Assembly: GCA_031370005.1 (NCBI GenBank)
Contig: JANMPT010000094.1
Coordinates: 1 to 62,099 of the forward strand
Direction: 5' to 3'
Source: Bdellovibrionales bacterium
Lineage (GTDB): Bacteria > Bdellovibrionota > Bdellovibrionia > Bdellovibrionales > Bdellovibrionaceae
DNA: 62,099 nt
Below the pieces are notes generated by a model. The model saw only the letters and a program-made list of their open reading frames with translations. It had not been told where the DNA came from and made no database searches. Positions 18,974 to 28,534 of the stretch are shown in pieces; within the stretch, counting starts at the first letter, position 1, and each line of letters begins with the position of its first letter. Both the position numbers and the translations under genes were made by a program.

Positions 18974-20837
18974 GCACCTCTCCGATGGCGAGCAAAGAAA
19001 TGAGAGCGGTTATAGTCATTCGGTTTTTCAAACCCTCGGTGAGGCCTATGGCCCCTTCAAAGCTAAAATTATCTTTATTTTTTTTCTCGGGCTTGCTGGC
19101 CGCACTTTACTTTTGGCCAATGCCAATATCATCGGCGTTTGGGTCGACAGCTTTTGTAAACCTGAGCATGGGGTTCAATGCAAAATTCCGCCAAGCTTCT
19201 TTGCAGGCTTTACTTCGGAAACTTACCTAAAGCTTTTAGGTGCTATGGCATTGCTGGGTTTTGTACTGACTGTCAGTTTTCGGGTGATTTTCTCAAGACT
19301 CTCAGCGCTTGCAATCAGCCAGGTTTATGATGAAGTAACATTAAGAACCTCTCGTTTCCCGATGAATTTTTTTGATGCCACTCCCGCAGGTCGAATCATC
19401 ACGCGCTTTTCCAGCGACTATGGAAATGTTTTTAGACTTTTCGGGGGCCCACTGGCTGAGTTTTGCTCCATTATCTTCGATTTGTTAGTAATGATTGTTC
19501 TTATCACTGTGGCGAGTCCCTATTACTTAACTTTTATAGCGATTATTGCTGTATTAAATTATGGGATTTATCGCCTGAATCGCCAAAAACTGCGTCAAAC
19601 TCGCCGAGATCTTTCTGCGAGCCGTTCTCCTTCCATTGCTCACTTTGCAGAAACCACACAGGGAGCAAGCACAATTCGATCATTCCGCCGCCAAGATTCT
19701 TTCATGAATCGCTTCTATCGTTTAGATCGATATTTTTTGCAACAAAAGCTGAAAACAGCAGGCAGAGTTATTGGTTTTTCTGTTCAGATGAATAGTCTTT
19801 CAGCCTTATTACTGTTAATGACAGGCATTTCAGCTTATTACTTTGTTCATAATGGACTAGCCTCCGTTGGCTCCGTGGGAGTGGCCTTTAGCTTTATCGC
19901 GCTTTCCGGTAATACCGTGCAAATGTTCTTTGAGTGGCTCACGCAGTTTGAGGAAGCCATGATTGGAGTGGAGCGCTTAGATCAATATTTACGGAAAGAC
20001 CTTGAGCCAGGAAACCTGCTGCCCTCCTCGGCCCATTTCAAAACACAACATCCGAAGTACGACGAAAGTTTGGAAAAATATCTACACAACCGCCGCCTCA
20101 CCAAGGAACGCAGTGCCTCGGTTCAAGTAGAGGGCCTGTGGTTTAAATACCGCGAAGATCTTCCCTGGGTTCTTAAAGACCTTAACTTTGAAGTCAAAGC
20201 TGGCGAACGCCTAGGTATTGTCGGTCGCACTGGCAGTGGTAAATCAAGTTTGATTCAAGCCTTGTTTTATCTTTACCCTTTGCACGAGGGCCGCATTGCT
20301 ATTAACGGCAATAGTCCGAAGATCAAAAGTTCAGAATCTGGAATAGATTTGAATTTATACCGTCGGTCCATAGCTTTTATTTCCCAGGATCCAGTTCTTT
20401 TCCAAGGCAGCCTGCGCAGCAATTTAGATATTGAAAACCAACTATCTGATGAAAAACTTTTTGCTGTCCTCGATCAGGTTGGCCTGAATGAGTGGGTTCG
20501 ACAGCAGCCCCTCGGCATCAACACAAGAATCGAGGAGCGTGGAAAAAACTTATCCCTTGGTGAAAGGCAATTGCTTTGCATGGCCAGATGCCTTTTACAA
20601 GAAGCTCCGATCGTTATTATGGATGAGGCTACCAGCTCCGTGGATCCCCAGTCCGAGGAAATATTGGTAAAAGCCACCGAGGAGTTCTTCGCCGACCGTA
20701 CTCAGATTATTATTGCCCACCGCTTATCGACTTTGAAAAAATGTGACCGCGTCTTATGGCTACACAAGGGCGAGATTCAAAGTCTAGGACCAACAAGCGA
20801 AGTCCTTCCGCGATTCGAAACCACAAATCTTACTTAA
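18960..20837 (+). CDS. ABC exporter TMD-NBD, ABCC/MRP second-half type
   Basis: FFDATPAGRIITRFSSD, SRSP, GIVGRTGSGKSS, NLSLGERQL, IMDEATSSVD, IAHRL. Confidence 0.92.
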   Translation: MSNSKHLSDGEQRNESGYSHSVFQTLGEAYGPFKAKIIFIFFLGLAGRTLLLANANIIGVWVDSFCKPEHGVQCKIPPSFFAGFTSETYLKLLGAMALLGFVLTVSFRVIFSRLSALAISQVYDEVTLRTSRFPMNFFDATPAGRIITRFSSDYGNVFRLFGGPLAEFCSIIFDLLVMIVLITVASPYYLTFIAIIAVLNYGIYRLNRQKLRQTRRDLSASRSPSIAHFAETTQGASTIRSFRRQDSFMNRFYRLDRYFLQQKLKTAGRVIGFSVQMNSLSALLLLMTGISAYYFVHNGLASVGSVGVAFSFIALSGNTVQMFFEWLTQFEEAMIGVERLDQYLRKDLEPGNLLPSSAHFKTQHPKYDESLEKYLHNRRLTKERSASVQVEGLWFKYREDLPWVLKDLNFEVKAGERLGIVGRTGSGKSSLIQALFYLYPLHEGRIAINGNSPKIKSSESGIDLNLYRRSIAFISQDPVLFQGSLRSNLDIENQLSDEKLFAVLDQVGLNEWVRQQPLGINTRIEERGKNLSLGERQLLCMARCLLQEAPIVIMDEATSSVDPQSEEILVKATEEFFADRTQIIIAHRLSTLKKCDRVLWLHKGEIQSLGPTSEVLPRFETTNLT

Positions 20838-20932
20838 ATAAGTTTTTTACAAAAAATACCCTTCAGAATTAAATGCTTGAAGTCGATAAGAGACCACAAT
20901 ACAAGGTATCAAATTCTCAGTTCGAGGGCCTT

Positions 20933-22285
20933 ATGGACTCTGAAAATAAAAATATCACAAGCTCTAAGGACTTCACTCAAACCGAAGAACAGTTTTATGA
21001 TCTTTTCGAGAACTGGTCAGCTCTCTCCACTGGTGAGCGCAGAGAAAAATTCAAGCAACTCCCGCGCACAGAAGCTGAGGAGTTATTTTTAGGATTAAAA
21101 ACCCATGATCAAGTTGAATTACTCGAAGAAGCCAGTCCTCTTGAAAAACGTTCTTGGGTTCGTCTTCTGGCCCCCGATGACGTTGCCGATTTGATCCAGG
21201 AGATGGGGACTGAACACCGAGACGAAATCCTGGGTCTTCTCGATCCCCAAACCAAACGCGAAGTCATCGCCCTTTTAGCCTATGCCGAAGATAACGCCGG
21301 TGGCTTGATGAGCTCTCGATTTATTCGCCTACGTCCTGATATGAGCGTAGATGAGGCCATCAGCTACATCCGCATTCAAGCCAAGACCCATGTGGAAACA
21401 ATCTACTATGCTTATGCATTAGCAACTGATCAGACACTTTTGGGAGTTGTCTCATTTCGAGAATTATTTGCTTCGTCGCCTGATAAAAAAATAAAAGAGA
21501 TAATGAAAACTGACATGGTAAAGGTCCTGGTTGATACGGATCAAGAGCAGATCGCCAAAGTCTTCTCAAGCCAAGACCTTATGGCAATGCCCGTTGTTGA
21601 TGCCGCTAACCACATGGTCGGTATCGTGACCTTCGATGACGTGGCTCATGTCCTTCAAGAAGAAGCCACGGAGGATATCCATAAGCTGGGAGCTGTTGAA
21701 GCTCTCGATGCTCCCTATTTAAAAATTTCGATGTTAGAGATGATTAGAAAACGCGCCGGTTGGTTACTGGTTCTTTTCCTAGGGGAAATGTTTACGGCCA
21801 CCGCCATGGGTTACTTTCAATCTGAGATCGAGCGAGCCGTGGTTCTGGCTTTGTTTATTCCGTTGATAATTAGTTCTGGCGGTAATTCCGGCTCCCAAGC
21901 CTCGACGCTCATCATACGGGCAATGGCACTTGGCGAAGTGCGTCTCCGTGATTGGTGGCGCGTACTTGCCCGCGAGCTTTTGACGGGTTTGGCACTCGGC
22001 ACCTGTTTAAGCCTCGTTGGACTTATCCGGATTCTGCTATGGCCAGCACGAGAGCAACTTTATGGTCCACACTATGTGCTTGTTGCTTTTACAGTGGCCG
22101 TGAGTATTGTTGGAGTTGTCTTGTGGGGAACCCTTTCAGGCTCTATGCTTCCTTTTGTCCTTCGAAAAATGGGCTTTGACCCGGCCTCAGCATCGGCTCC
22201 GGCTGTTGCAACCCTAGTTGATGTCACTGGTTTAGTTATATATTTTTCTGTCGCAAGTATGTTCCTCCGAGGAGTGCTATTATAA
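20933..22285 (+). CDS. mgtE: Magnesium transporter MgtE
   Basis: AGGLM, CBS pair, EEATEDI, SSGGNSGSQ, DPASASAP..TLVD. Start at ATG 20933 with GAGGG RBS. Confidence 0.96.
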   Translation: MDSENKNITSSKDFTQTEEQFYDLFENWSALSTGERREKFKQLPRTEAEELFLGLKTHDQVELLEEASPLEKRSWVRLLAPDDVADLIQEMGTEHRDEILGLLDPQTKREVIALLAYAEDNAGGLMSSRFIRLRPDMSVDEAISYIRIQAKTHVETIYYAYALATDQTLLGVVSFRELFASSPDKKIKEIMKTDMVKVLVDTDQEQIAKVFSSQDLMAMPVVDAANHMVGIVTFDDVAHVLQEEATEDIHKLGAVEALDAPYLKISMLEMIRKRAGWLLVLFLGEMFTATAMGYFQSEIERAVVLALFIPLIISSGGNSGSQASTLIIRAMALGEVRLRDWWRVLARELLTGLALGTCLSLVGLIRILLWPAREQLYGPHYVLVAFTVAVSIVGVVLWGTLSGSMLPFVLRKMGFDPASASAPAVATLVDVTGLVIYFSVASMFLRGVLL

Positions 22286-22945
22286 ATGAAAAATCTTAAT
22301 ATTATACACGAGACTTCTGCTTGGTTGGTTATTGATAAGCCCGCCGGAATTTCGGTTCACAATGATAAAATAAATGTGTTGAGTATTTTAAAGCAACAGA
22401 AGAAAAATCCGAAAATTTCCTTCCACGCTGTTCACCGCCTGGACTCAGAAACTAGCGGCATATTGCTGATTGCAAAAGATCCTGAAGTGGCAACCAAACT
22501 GATGGAAGAGATGCAAAAAGAATCCACTCATAGGCTCTATCAAGCCCTTCTCCGTGGTCCGATGAAAGAAGACCAAGCTCATTGGAACTGGAAACTTTCG
22601 GATAAAGCTGAAGGGCGAAAAAATCCTCAAGGCCTTAGTAAGGACCGTAAAGAATGTGAGTCCCTCATCAAAGTCATTCAAAAAAATGAGCACATAACTC
22701 TGGTTGAATGTGAAACCGTGTTAAGCCAGCAGCATCAAATCCGCAAGCACGCTGCTATTGCAGAACATCCTGTGGTGGGAGATAAGCGTTACAACGATCC
22801 AAAATACAACTTGCGCATCGCCAAGATGTTCGGAACTGAACGAATGTTCCTACATGCAACTGAGTTAAGAATCAAACTCAGCGGTCGCGATGTCGTCTTT
22901 ACCTCTGCGCTTCCCAATGAGTTTAAAAGTTTGTTGAAAGTCTAG
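22286..22945 (+). CDS. RluA-family RNA pseudouridine synthase
   Basis: DKPAGISVH, VHRLDSETSG (catalytic Asp), HQIRKH, HPVVGDKRY, MFLHA. Confidence 0.9.
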   Translation: MKNLNIIHETSAWLVIDKPAGISVHNDKINVLSILKQQKKNPKISFHAVHRLDSETSGILLIAKDPEVATKLMEEMQKESTHRLYQALLRGPMKEDQAHWNWKLSDKAEGRKNPQGLSKDRKECESLIKVIQKNEHITLVECETVLSQQHQIRKHAAIAEHPVVGDKRYNDPKYNLRIAKMFGTERMFLHATELRIKLSGRDVVFTSALPNEFKSLLKV

Positions 22946-24855
22946 ACTTTCAACAAACCTGTCGTCCACTTTTGGATCATAGAAAGTGCCCCCTGTTGGG
23001 CACCTGCGAACTGTACGCCATAAGATTGATTGGCCTCACTCCACACGACTTCGCCTTGCACTTCCACCATGTCATTGCCGTCTGGACTAGTGATTTTCAT
23101 AGTGATAATACCACCTTTTTCAAGGGCTTCGTCCGCACTAAATGATGCTCCTCCAAGAGAGATTGTTTGTAGGGACCCGACAAGCTCACGGCCACCGACC
23201 TTAACTCTGATATCAGAATCCATTTTGAAACGATCAAATCTTCGGCGTCCCGATGGGTCCACAACCGCCGCAGCCATTTCCTTTTCTTTTGCGCGCTGTC
23301 TGAGTACAGCCCAAACAATCACTGGTAATAAAAACAAACCGGCCATCGGCCCAGCACCACCAAAACCATCAGTCTTATTTCCAGGGCCTTTCAAGAGCGC
23401 TGTGGAAACAAGACCACAACCTGTTTTTGGTGAAGCACTATCTGACGCCAAACTCCGAGCGTCTGCCTGATAAGACGGAGAGTAATTCGGCTGACTTGCC
23501 TGCACAGAGGCTTGAGCCTTCGCTTCTACAATAAGATTATAAGAGTTAATGCGAGCTGAAGTTGAAACTTTGCTCAGCAGACTAGGCACGTTGGTAGCCT
23601 TTGACATCATAATATCTTTAATTTGATAGCCCGTAAGAAAAGGGGCCTCGCGCATCGCTAGTGCTGCCATACCACTTACAAATGGAGTTGCCATGCTCGT
23701 GCCTGACATCGTTCCGAAGCGATTACTTGGAAGCGTGCTTAAAATCAAAACACCGGGGCTTCCAAGATGAACCGCCCGCGCTCCATAGTTTGAGAAGCTT
23801 GCCATGTAATCATAATCAGTCGTTGCAGCCACTGAAAGATTACTGGGAACATCGTAATTCGCAGGATACATTGCCACGTTGTCGTTGTTTTTACTATTGT
23901 TCCCAGCTGCAGTCGCAATGAAAATCCGATTCGAATAAGCAAAAGTTAGGGCCTCATGAAGGGAGCGGCTATAAGAGGATCCGCCCCAAGAGTTATTGAT
24001 GACTCTTGCGCCGTTATTTACAGCATAGTAAATCGCACGAATCGCATTGGAGGTCGTTCCTGAGCCGTTCGCATCTAAGAACTTTAAAGGCATAATACGC
24101 ATTTTTGCGGTTTCAGTAATCGGGTTTTCAAAAATATTCAAACTTGTGCCAACGATAATACCTGCTACGTGTGTCCCGTGCCCATCGTCATCAGCAAAAT
24201 CCCCCGTGTTGTTAATAAAATTCCACCCATTTACGTCGTCAACATAACCATTATAGTCATCGTCGATTCCATTATTGGCAATCTCGCGAGTGTTGACCCA
24301 TAAAGCATTTGAATTCACGAAAACCGGATGGTCTTTATCGAGCCCCGTATCTACGATGGCGACAACAGGTCGGTAAGAAGTTGAAGTTGACTCAATAGCC
24401 CAAGCATCAGAAACCTTCGTCGGAGCTGCTGACTGAGAGTAGCTTGTTGAAAACGCAGAAACCTGATCCAAGGCTTGAACTTCACCAGCCTGATAGACCT
24501 GGTCTGGAGCGCCTAAGCCTAACTGATCATTGAAGTCTGCTTTTTTAAAGATGTAATTCGGCTCTATATACTCAACATCGGGATCATTTGCCAACTCGTC
24601 TATATCCTGAGTAGCGCCGGCCCCACCCTTTAAAGAGATGTGATACATATTCATGCGCGGAAAAGAGCCCTTTAAGGAAATCTTGTTTTGCATCTTATTA
24701 AGGGCGCCGGAAGGTGCCGTCATTGTCTTAAATTTTACTATATACTCACCAGGGACTGCCTCCGGGCCTGAGGCTCCACTAGACTGGGCATTAGCCAAGG
24801 ACAGACCAACAAAAAATACAAAAACCCACGTTAGCATTACAGAATGTTTATCCAC
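22942..24855 (-). CDS. S8 subtilisin-like protease with TM anchor and C-terminal PilZ domain
   Basis: Signal peptide, VPGEYIVKFK prodomain, triad IVDTG / GHGTHVAG / SGTSMATP, TM helix, then RRRFDR...TISLGG...GEVVW...YGVQF. Confidence 0.9.
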   Translation of the reverse strand: MDKHSVMLTWVFVFFVGLSLANAQSSGASGPEAVPGEYIVKFKTMTAPSGALNKMQNKISLKGSFPRMNMYHISLKGGAGATQDIDELANDPDVEYIEPNYIFKKADFNDQLGLGAPDQVYQAGEVQALDQVSAFSTSYSQSAAPTKVSDAWAIESTSTSYRPVVAIVDTGLDKDHPVFVNSNALWVNTREIANNGIDDDYNGYVDDVNGWNFINNTGDFADDDGHGTHVAGIIVGTSLNIFENPITETAKMRIMPLKFLDANGSGTTSNAIRAIYYAVNNGARVINNSWGGSSYSRSLHEALTFAYSNRIFIATAAGNNSKNNDNVAMYPANYDVPSNLSVAATTDYDYMASFSNYGARAVHLGSPGVLILSTLPSNRFGTMSGTSMATPFVSGMAALAMREAPFLTGYQIKDIMMSKATNVPSLLSKVSTSARINSYNLIVEAKAQASVQASQPNYSPSYQADARSLASDSASPKTGCGLVSTALLKGPGNKTDGFGGAGPMAGLFLLPVIVWAVLRQRAKEKEMAAAVVDPSGRRRFDRFKMDSDIRVKVGGRELVGSLQTISLGGASFSADEALEKGGIITMKITSPDGNDMVEVQGEVVWSEANQSYGVQFAGAQQGALSMIQKWTTGLLKV

Positions 24856-24878
24856 TCATGCTCCCTTTGATAGTAAAC

Positions 24879-24906
24879 ATATCGGACGATGGTCCAGAAA
24901 AGTTTA
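24879..24906 (-). promoter_or_regulatory. Sigma28 (FliA)-type promoter of the S8-PilZ gene
   Basis: Minus strand TAAA-N16-TCCGATAT, 23 nt upstream of the GTG start. Confidence 0.6.
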
Positions 24907-25139
24907 GGGGCTAAAGTGTTCAATTTGAGAATCCATTGGAAAAGATAAAAAGTAATCCGAGGCCTGCTATTATTTTCTTAGTAACGCCCTAGGTTCGACT
25001 TAAAAGCGAAATTCTAAATTTGAGATTTTCAAGATTTAACAAGATTTAAACCGTCTAGGCCATTGTATGTCTCTTTTATATGTTCTATATGTTCTTTGAG
25101 GCCTTGACCTTCTTGATTCGAAAGGATGAATATCAAAGC

Positions 25140-25511
25140 ATGTACAAAGCCAAACGACTGGTCACCTTTGCACTTCTTTTTGTCCTAAGCACACTCCTGC
25201 TTAAAGCCTTATTGCCTGCAACAGGTCACAACAACTGTAATGAGTTTGCCCATGTACATTGGTATAAATTCAATAAAATATCCAATAGTGCCTTAGACAC
25301 AATTGCAACTAACTCTTACCACACAGACGGCGATGACTACGAAAACTGCCATGCTGCGCAATTTATTTTTAATACAATATTGAAACCCGTTCGCATTTTC
25401 TTATGGACTAATACTATACCAAAAATCACTTTCGAATTTCTTGCCAGACTTGAAAGCCATTTCAAGTCTCCAGATCTAGATCCACCACGAAGACCACCTC
25501 GTCACGCATAG
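25140..25511 (+). CDS. His/Cys-containing exported leader protein ending PPRRPP (DUF2946/CruR-like)
   Basis: N-terminal hydrophobic segment, HNNCNEFAHVH, HTDGDDYENCH, C-terminal PDLDPPRRPPRHA; sits upstream of metal uptake genes. Confidence 0.65.
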   Translation: MYKAKRLVTFALLFVLSTLLLKALLPATGHNNCNEFAHVHWYKFNKISNSALDTIATNSYHTDGDDYENCHAAQFIFNTILKPVRIFLWTNTIPKITFEFLARLESHFKSPDLDPPRRPPRHA

Positions 25512-25566
25512 CCTTTTTTCAGATACTATTTTCAAAATTTTAAAAAATTAAAAAGGAAGCTTTTAT

Positions 25567-26682
25567 ATGCGTATTCTGTTTATTTTATTTTGTATTTCTA
25601 TCAGCGCATCTGCCTTTGCTGCGGATGCCAGCCTAAAAACTCCGAACATCAGTGCAAATACTTTGTTCCTTTATCAAAACTCAAATTTTCATAAAGAGAA
25701 CATGGACCCCGCAAACCCGGACCAGAACCGAAATGGTTTCAACGTCCGAGAAGCCGAGTTGCAAATATATTCGGATGTTGATCCATACTCGCGTCTAAGC
25801 ATGTTGCTCTCGATTCACCCCGAACTTGAAGGCGTCGGCACTAAAATTAACGAGAAGTGGGTACTAGAGCCAGAAGAGCTCTTTGTTGAGTCCATCAGTC
25901 TTCCAGATGTCTCACTCAAACTCGGAAAATTCAAAGCCTTCATGGGTAAGCATAATATGCTTCATACCCATGCCTACCCCTTTATTCAGGCTCCACTCGC
26001 AAGTCAAGCTCTGTTGGGAGACGAGGGCTTAAACGATGTCGGGCTTTCCGCCGCAGTCCTGATTCCAAGTTCATGGTTCAACGAACTCACCTTGCAAGCA
26101 CTTCGTGGCGCAGGCGAAAATACCGAGTTCAGTTCGCCTTCACCAAGTAACGGCGTGGGGCTGGCCCACTGGAAAAATCTCCTCGATCTTTCCGATGCAC
26201 TAACAATGGAATTCGGTTTTTCCTATGCGGCCGGTGGCAACTCTCTAAAGGGCACAACGGATCTTAATGGTGCGGATTTGACATTCAAGTGGCGCCCTAT
26301 TGTAGGAGGTCTTTACCATTCTCTCATTTGGTCCACTGAATATTTGGCAAGAAACCAAACTCAGGCTGGAGTGACTAATGATGAAAAAGCAAGTGGAGTT
26401 ATGAGTTTTATTCAATTTCAGTTCGCCGAAAGATGGGCGGCCCTCTATCGTTACGATAATTTAAAACTTGAAAATTCCTTCGATGCCGTAAATCTGCCCA
26501 ATGGTCCGTCAGAAAGAAATTCGATTGCCTTGGCTTATATGCCATCCGAATTTTCTTCATACAAACTCGAATACAATGAACGCCATGGTGGAGTTCCTAG
26601 TGCTAGTGGTGCTGACACCGAAAAAACTATTTTTTTGCAAGCCAACTTCACTATCGGGTCCCATCCCGCTCACTCTTATTAA
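25567..26682 (+). CDS. Outer-membrane beta-barrel of a metal-uptake operon
   Basis: Signal peptide, GFNVREAEL..DVDPY, GKHNMLHTHAYPF, C-terminal GSHPAHSY. Confidence 0.75.
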   Translation: MRILFILFCISISASAFAADASLKTPNISANTLFLYQNSNFHKENMDPANPDQNRNGFNVREAELQIYSDVDPYSRLSMLLSIHPELEGVGTKINEKWVLEPEELFVESISLPDVSLKLGKFKAFMGKHNMLHTHAYPFIQAPLASQALLGDEGLNDVGLSAAVLIPSSWFNELTLQALRGAGENTEFSSPSPSNGVGLAHWKNLLDLSDALTMEFGFSYAAGGNSLKGTTDLNGADLTFKWRPIVGGLYHSLIWSTEYLARNQTQAGVTNDEKASGVMSFIQFQFAERWAALYRYDNLKLENSFDAVNLPNGPSERNSIALAYMPSEFSSYKLEYNERHGGVPSASGADTEKTIFLQANFTIGSHPAHSY

Positions 26683-26694
26683 GGAAGAACTTAT

Positions 26695-27594
26695 ATGAAA
26701 AAAACAATTCTAATTTTACTACTATCTTTATTTGGCCTGCAGGCCTTTGCAAAAATTCATGTTGCGACTACAACCACGGACTTAGCTGCTGTGGTGAAAG
26801 AAGTCGGGCAAGACAAAGTTGATATTTTTGCAATAGCTAAGGGAACACAAGACCCGCATCAAATCGAAGCAAAACCTTCCTATATGATGAGGCTAAGATC
26901 TACTGACCTAGTAATAGCTCAAGGCCTTGAACTCGAATCAGCATGGATTGATCCTTTGATTCAAGGAGCACGTAATCCAAAGCTTACGACAAAAGGCGGA
27001 CTCTTTGAGCTCGCAAGTGAGCTTGAGCCTATCGAAATTCCAAAAGGGAATATCTCACGAGCAGAAGGTGACGTGCATCCCGGAGGCAATCCCCATTTTC
27101 AACTCGATCCAATTCGCTTAGGAAAGGCCGCCCTGCTTATCGCTGACAAACTGTCAGAGTTCGATCCTGCACAAAAAGAATTTTTCCATAAAAACGCTGA
27201 GAAATTTCAAAAACACATGGAAGAGAAAACAAAAGAGTGGCAAGCCAGAATTAAAAAAACTGGTGTTACAGAGTTTGTAACCTACCATAAAACTTTTGCT
27301 TACTTTTGCGCGCGCTTCGAGATGGATTGCCAATTGCAACTAGAGCCCAAGCCGGGCATCCCTCCAACGGCAAGTCACTTGATGACAGTGATTGATCAAA
27401 TGAAAAAAAGAAAAATACGCATCGTCTTGATTGAAAATCTTTATGAAGACTCCGTTGGAAATAAAATTAAAGCTGATATCCCAAATGCTCACATCGAGCG
27501 CGTCCCAGTCTCAGTCGGTGGAGAACCTGAGATTACCACCAACGAACAACTGATTGAACGTATTGTCAAAGCCATTGAAAAAGGGGCAAAATAA
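26695..27594 (+). CDS. Metal ABC transporter substrate-binding protein (ZnuA/TroA cluster A-I)
   Basis: QDPHQIEAKPS, GLELE, GDVHPGGNPHFQLDP, TYHKTFAYF, EPKPGIPPTASHL. Confidence 0.92.
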   Translation: MKKTILILLLSLFGLQAFAKIHVATTTTDLAAVVKEVGQDKVDIFAIAKGTQDPHQIEAKPSYMMRLRSTDLVIAQGLELESAWIDPLIQGARNPKLTTKGGLFELASELEPIEIPKGNISRAEGDVHPGGNPHFQLDPIRLGKAALLIADKLSEFDPAQKEFFHKNAEKFQKHMEEKTKEWQARIKKTGVTEFVTYHKTFAYFCARFEMDCQLQLEPKPGIPPTASHLMTVIDQMKKRKIRIVLIENLYEDSVGNKIKADIPNAHIERVPVSVGGEPEITTNEQLIERIVKAIEKGAK

Positions 27595-28440
27595 ATGGAA
27601 GCATTCCAATTCCTTGCCGCTCCACTTGTTCTCGGTTTTTTACTTATCGGCATTCATGCTTATCTCGGGCTCCATGTCTTGGAGCGCGAGGTGATTTTTG
27701 TTGATATCAGCCTTTCCCAAGTGGCCGCCTTGGGGGGCGCAATCAGCCTATTTGTTGTCCACGAGGACAAGGCAGGCCTTATAGGTCTTGCTTTTTCCTT
27801 GGGCCTTTGCCTTCTCGTTGCCCTCTCACTAGCTCTCCTAAAGCGCTATGAAAAATCAACTTCACAAGAGGCACTTATCGGTATGACCTATGCCCTCGCT
27901 AGCGGAGCTTTGATTTTAGTAGCTGATAAACTTCCACACGGAGCAGAGCATCTGAAAGAGGCCTTAATCGGAAATATTCTTTTCATCACTTGGCCTCAAG
28001 TTTTTGAGACTTTCATTGTATATGTCATTATTGGTTATTTGCATTGGATTTTCAGGAAGCAATTCTGGCAAGCTTCCCGCGGCGAAGACGGCGTCTTCTG
28101 GTGGGACTTTTTATTTTACTTCTTATTTGGTATCGTCATCACCTTTTCCACCCGCCATGCCGGTGTCCTAGTTGTTTTCTCTATTCTCGTTGCGCCTGCA
28201 GCTTTATCATCGAGATATTTCACCACGCTTTCGTCCCGGCTCGTTTTTGCATGGCTCGTGGGCTCCGTCGGGATATCCCTCGCATTTGTTTTAAGCTATT
28301 TCTTGGATTTACCTTCTGGAGCCGCTGTGGTCTGCACTCTAACAAGCTTATTCTTCTTGGCTCTACTTCTTAGTATTGTCCAAAAAAGAATCCGCGTTCA
28401 TCGGCACCTGCCTAAAGAAGCGACACTAGGGTCGGCATGA
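27595..28440 (+). CDS. Metal ABC transporter permease (ZnuB/MntB-like)
   Basis: Multi-TM; IFVDISLSQVAALG, EALIG, GVLVVFSILVAPA, DLPSGAAVV. Confidence 0.9.
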   Translation: MEAFQFLAAPLVLGFLLIGIHAYLGLHVLEREVIFVDISLSQVAALGGAISLFVVHEDKAGLIGLAFSLGLCLLVALSLALLKRYEKSTSQEALIGMTYALASGALILVADKLPHGAEHLKEALIGNILFITWPQVFETFIVYVIIGYLHWIFRKQFWQASRGEDGVFWWDFLFYFLFGIVITFSTRHAGVLVVFSILVAPAALSSRYFTTLSSRLVFAWLVGSVGISLAFVLSYFLDLPSGAAVVCTLTSLFFLALLLSIVQKRIRVHRHLPKEATLGSA

Positions 28441-28534
28441 GCTTCAATACATTAGCGCTGACTGATGCGGAACTAGGAACGACTTCTGCAGACTTTTAGG
28501 AAAGCTCATTTCCACTTTTTTGTGAGGATTTCTA

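Noticed and set aside
22700..22760. RluA motif reads TVLSQQHQIR instead of TGRxHQIR
   Set aside because: The catalytic HRLD is intact and the ORF is complete; treated as ordinary divergence.
23030..23470. Long antisense ORFs (also 31812-32456, 33356-33895, 39261-39764, 42247-42729)
   Set aside because: They lie opposite well-supported genes and have no motifs of their own.
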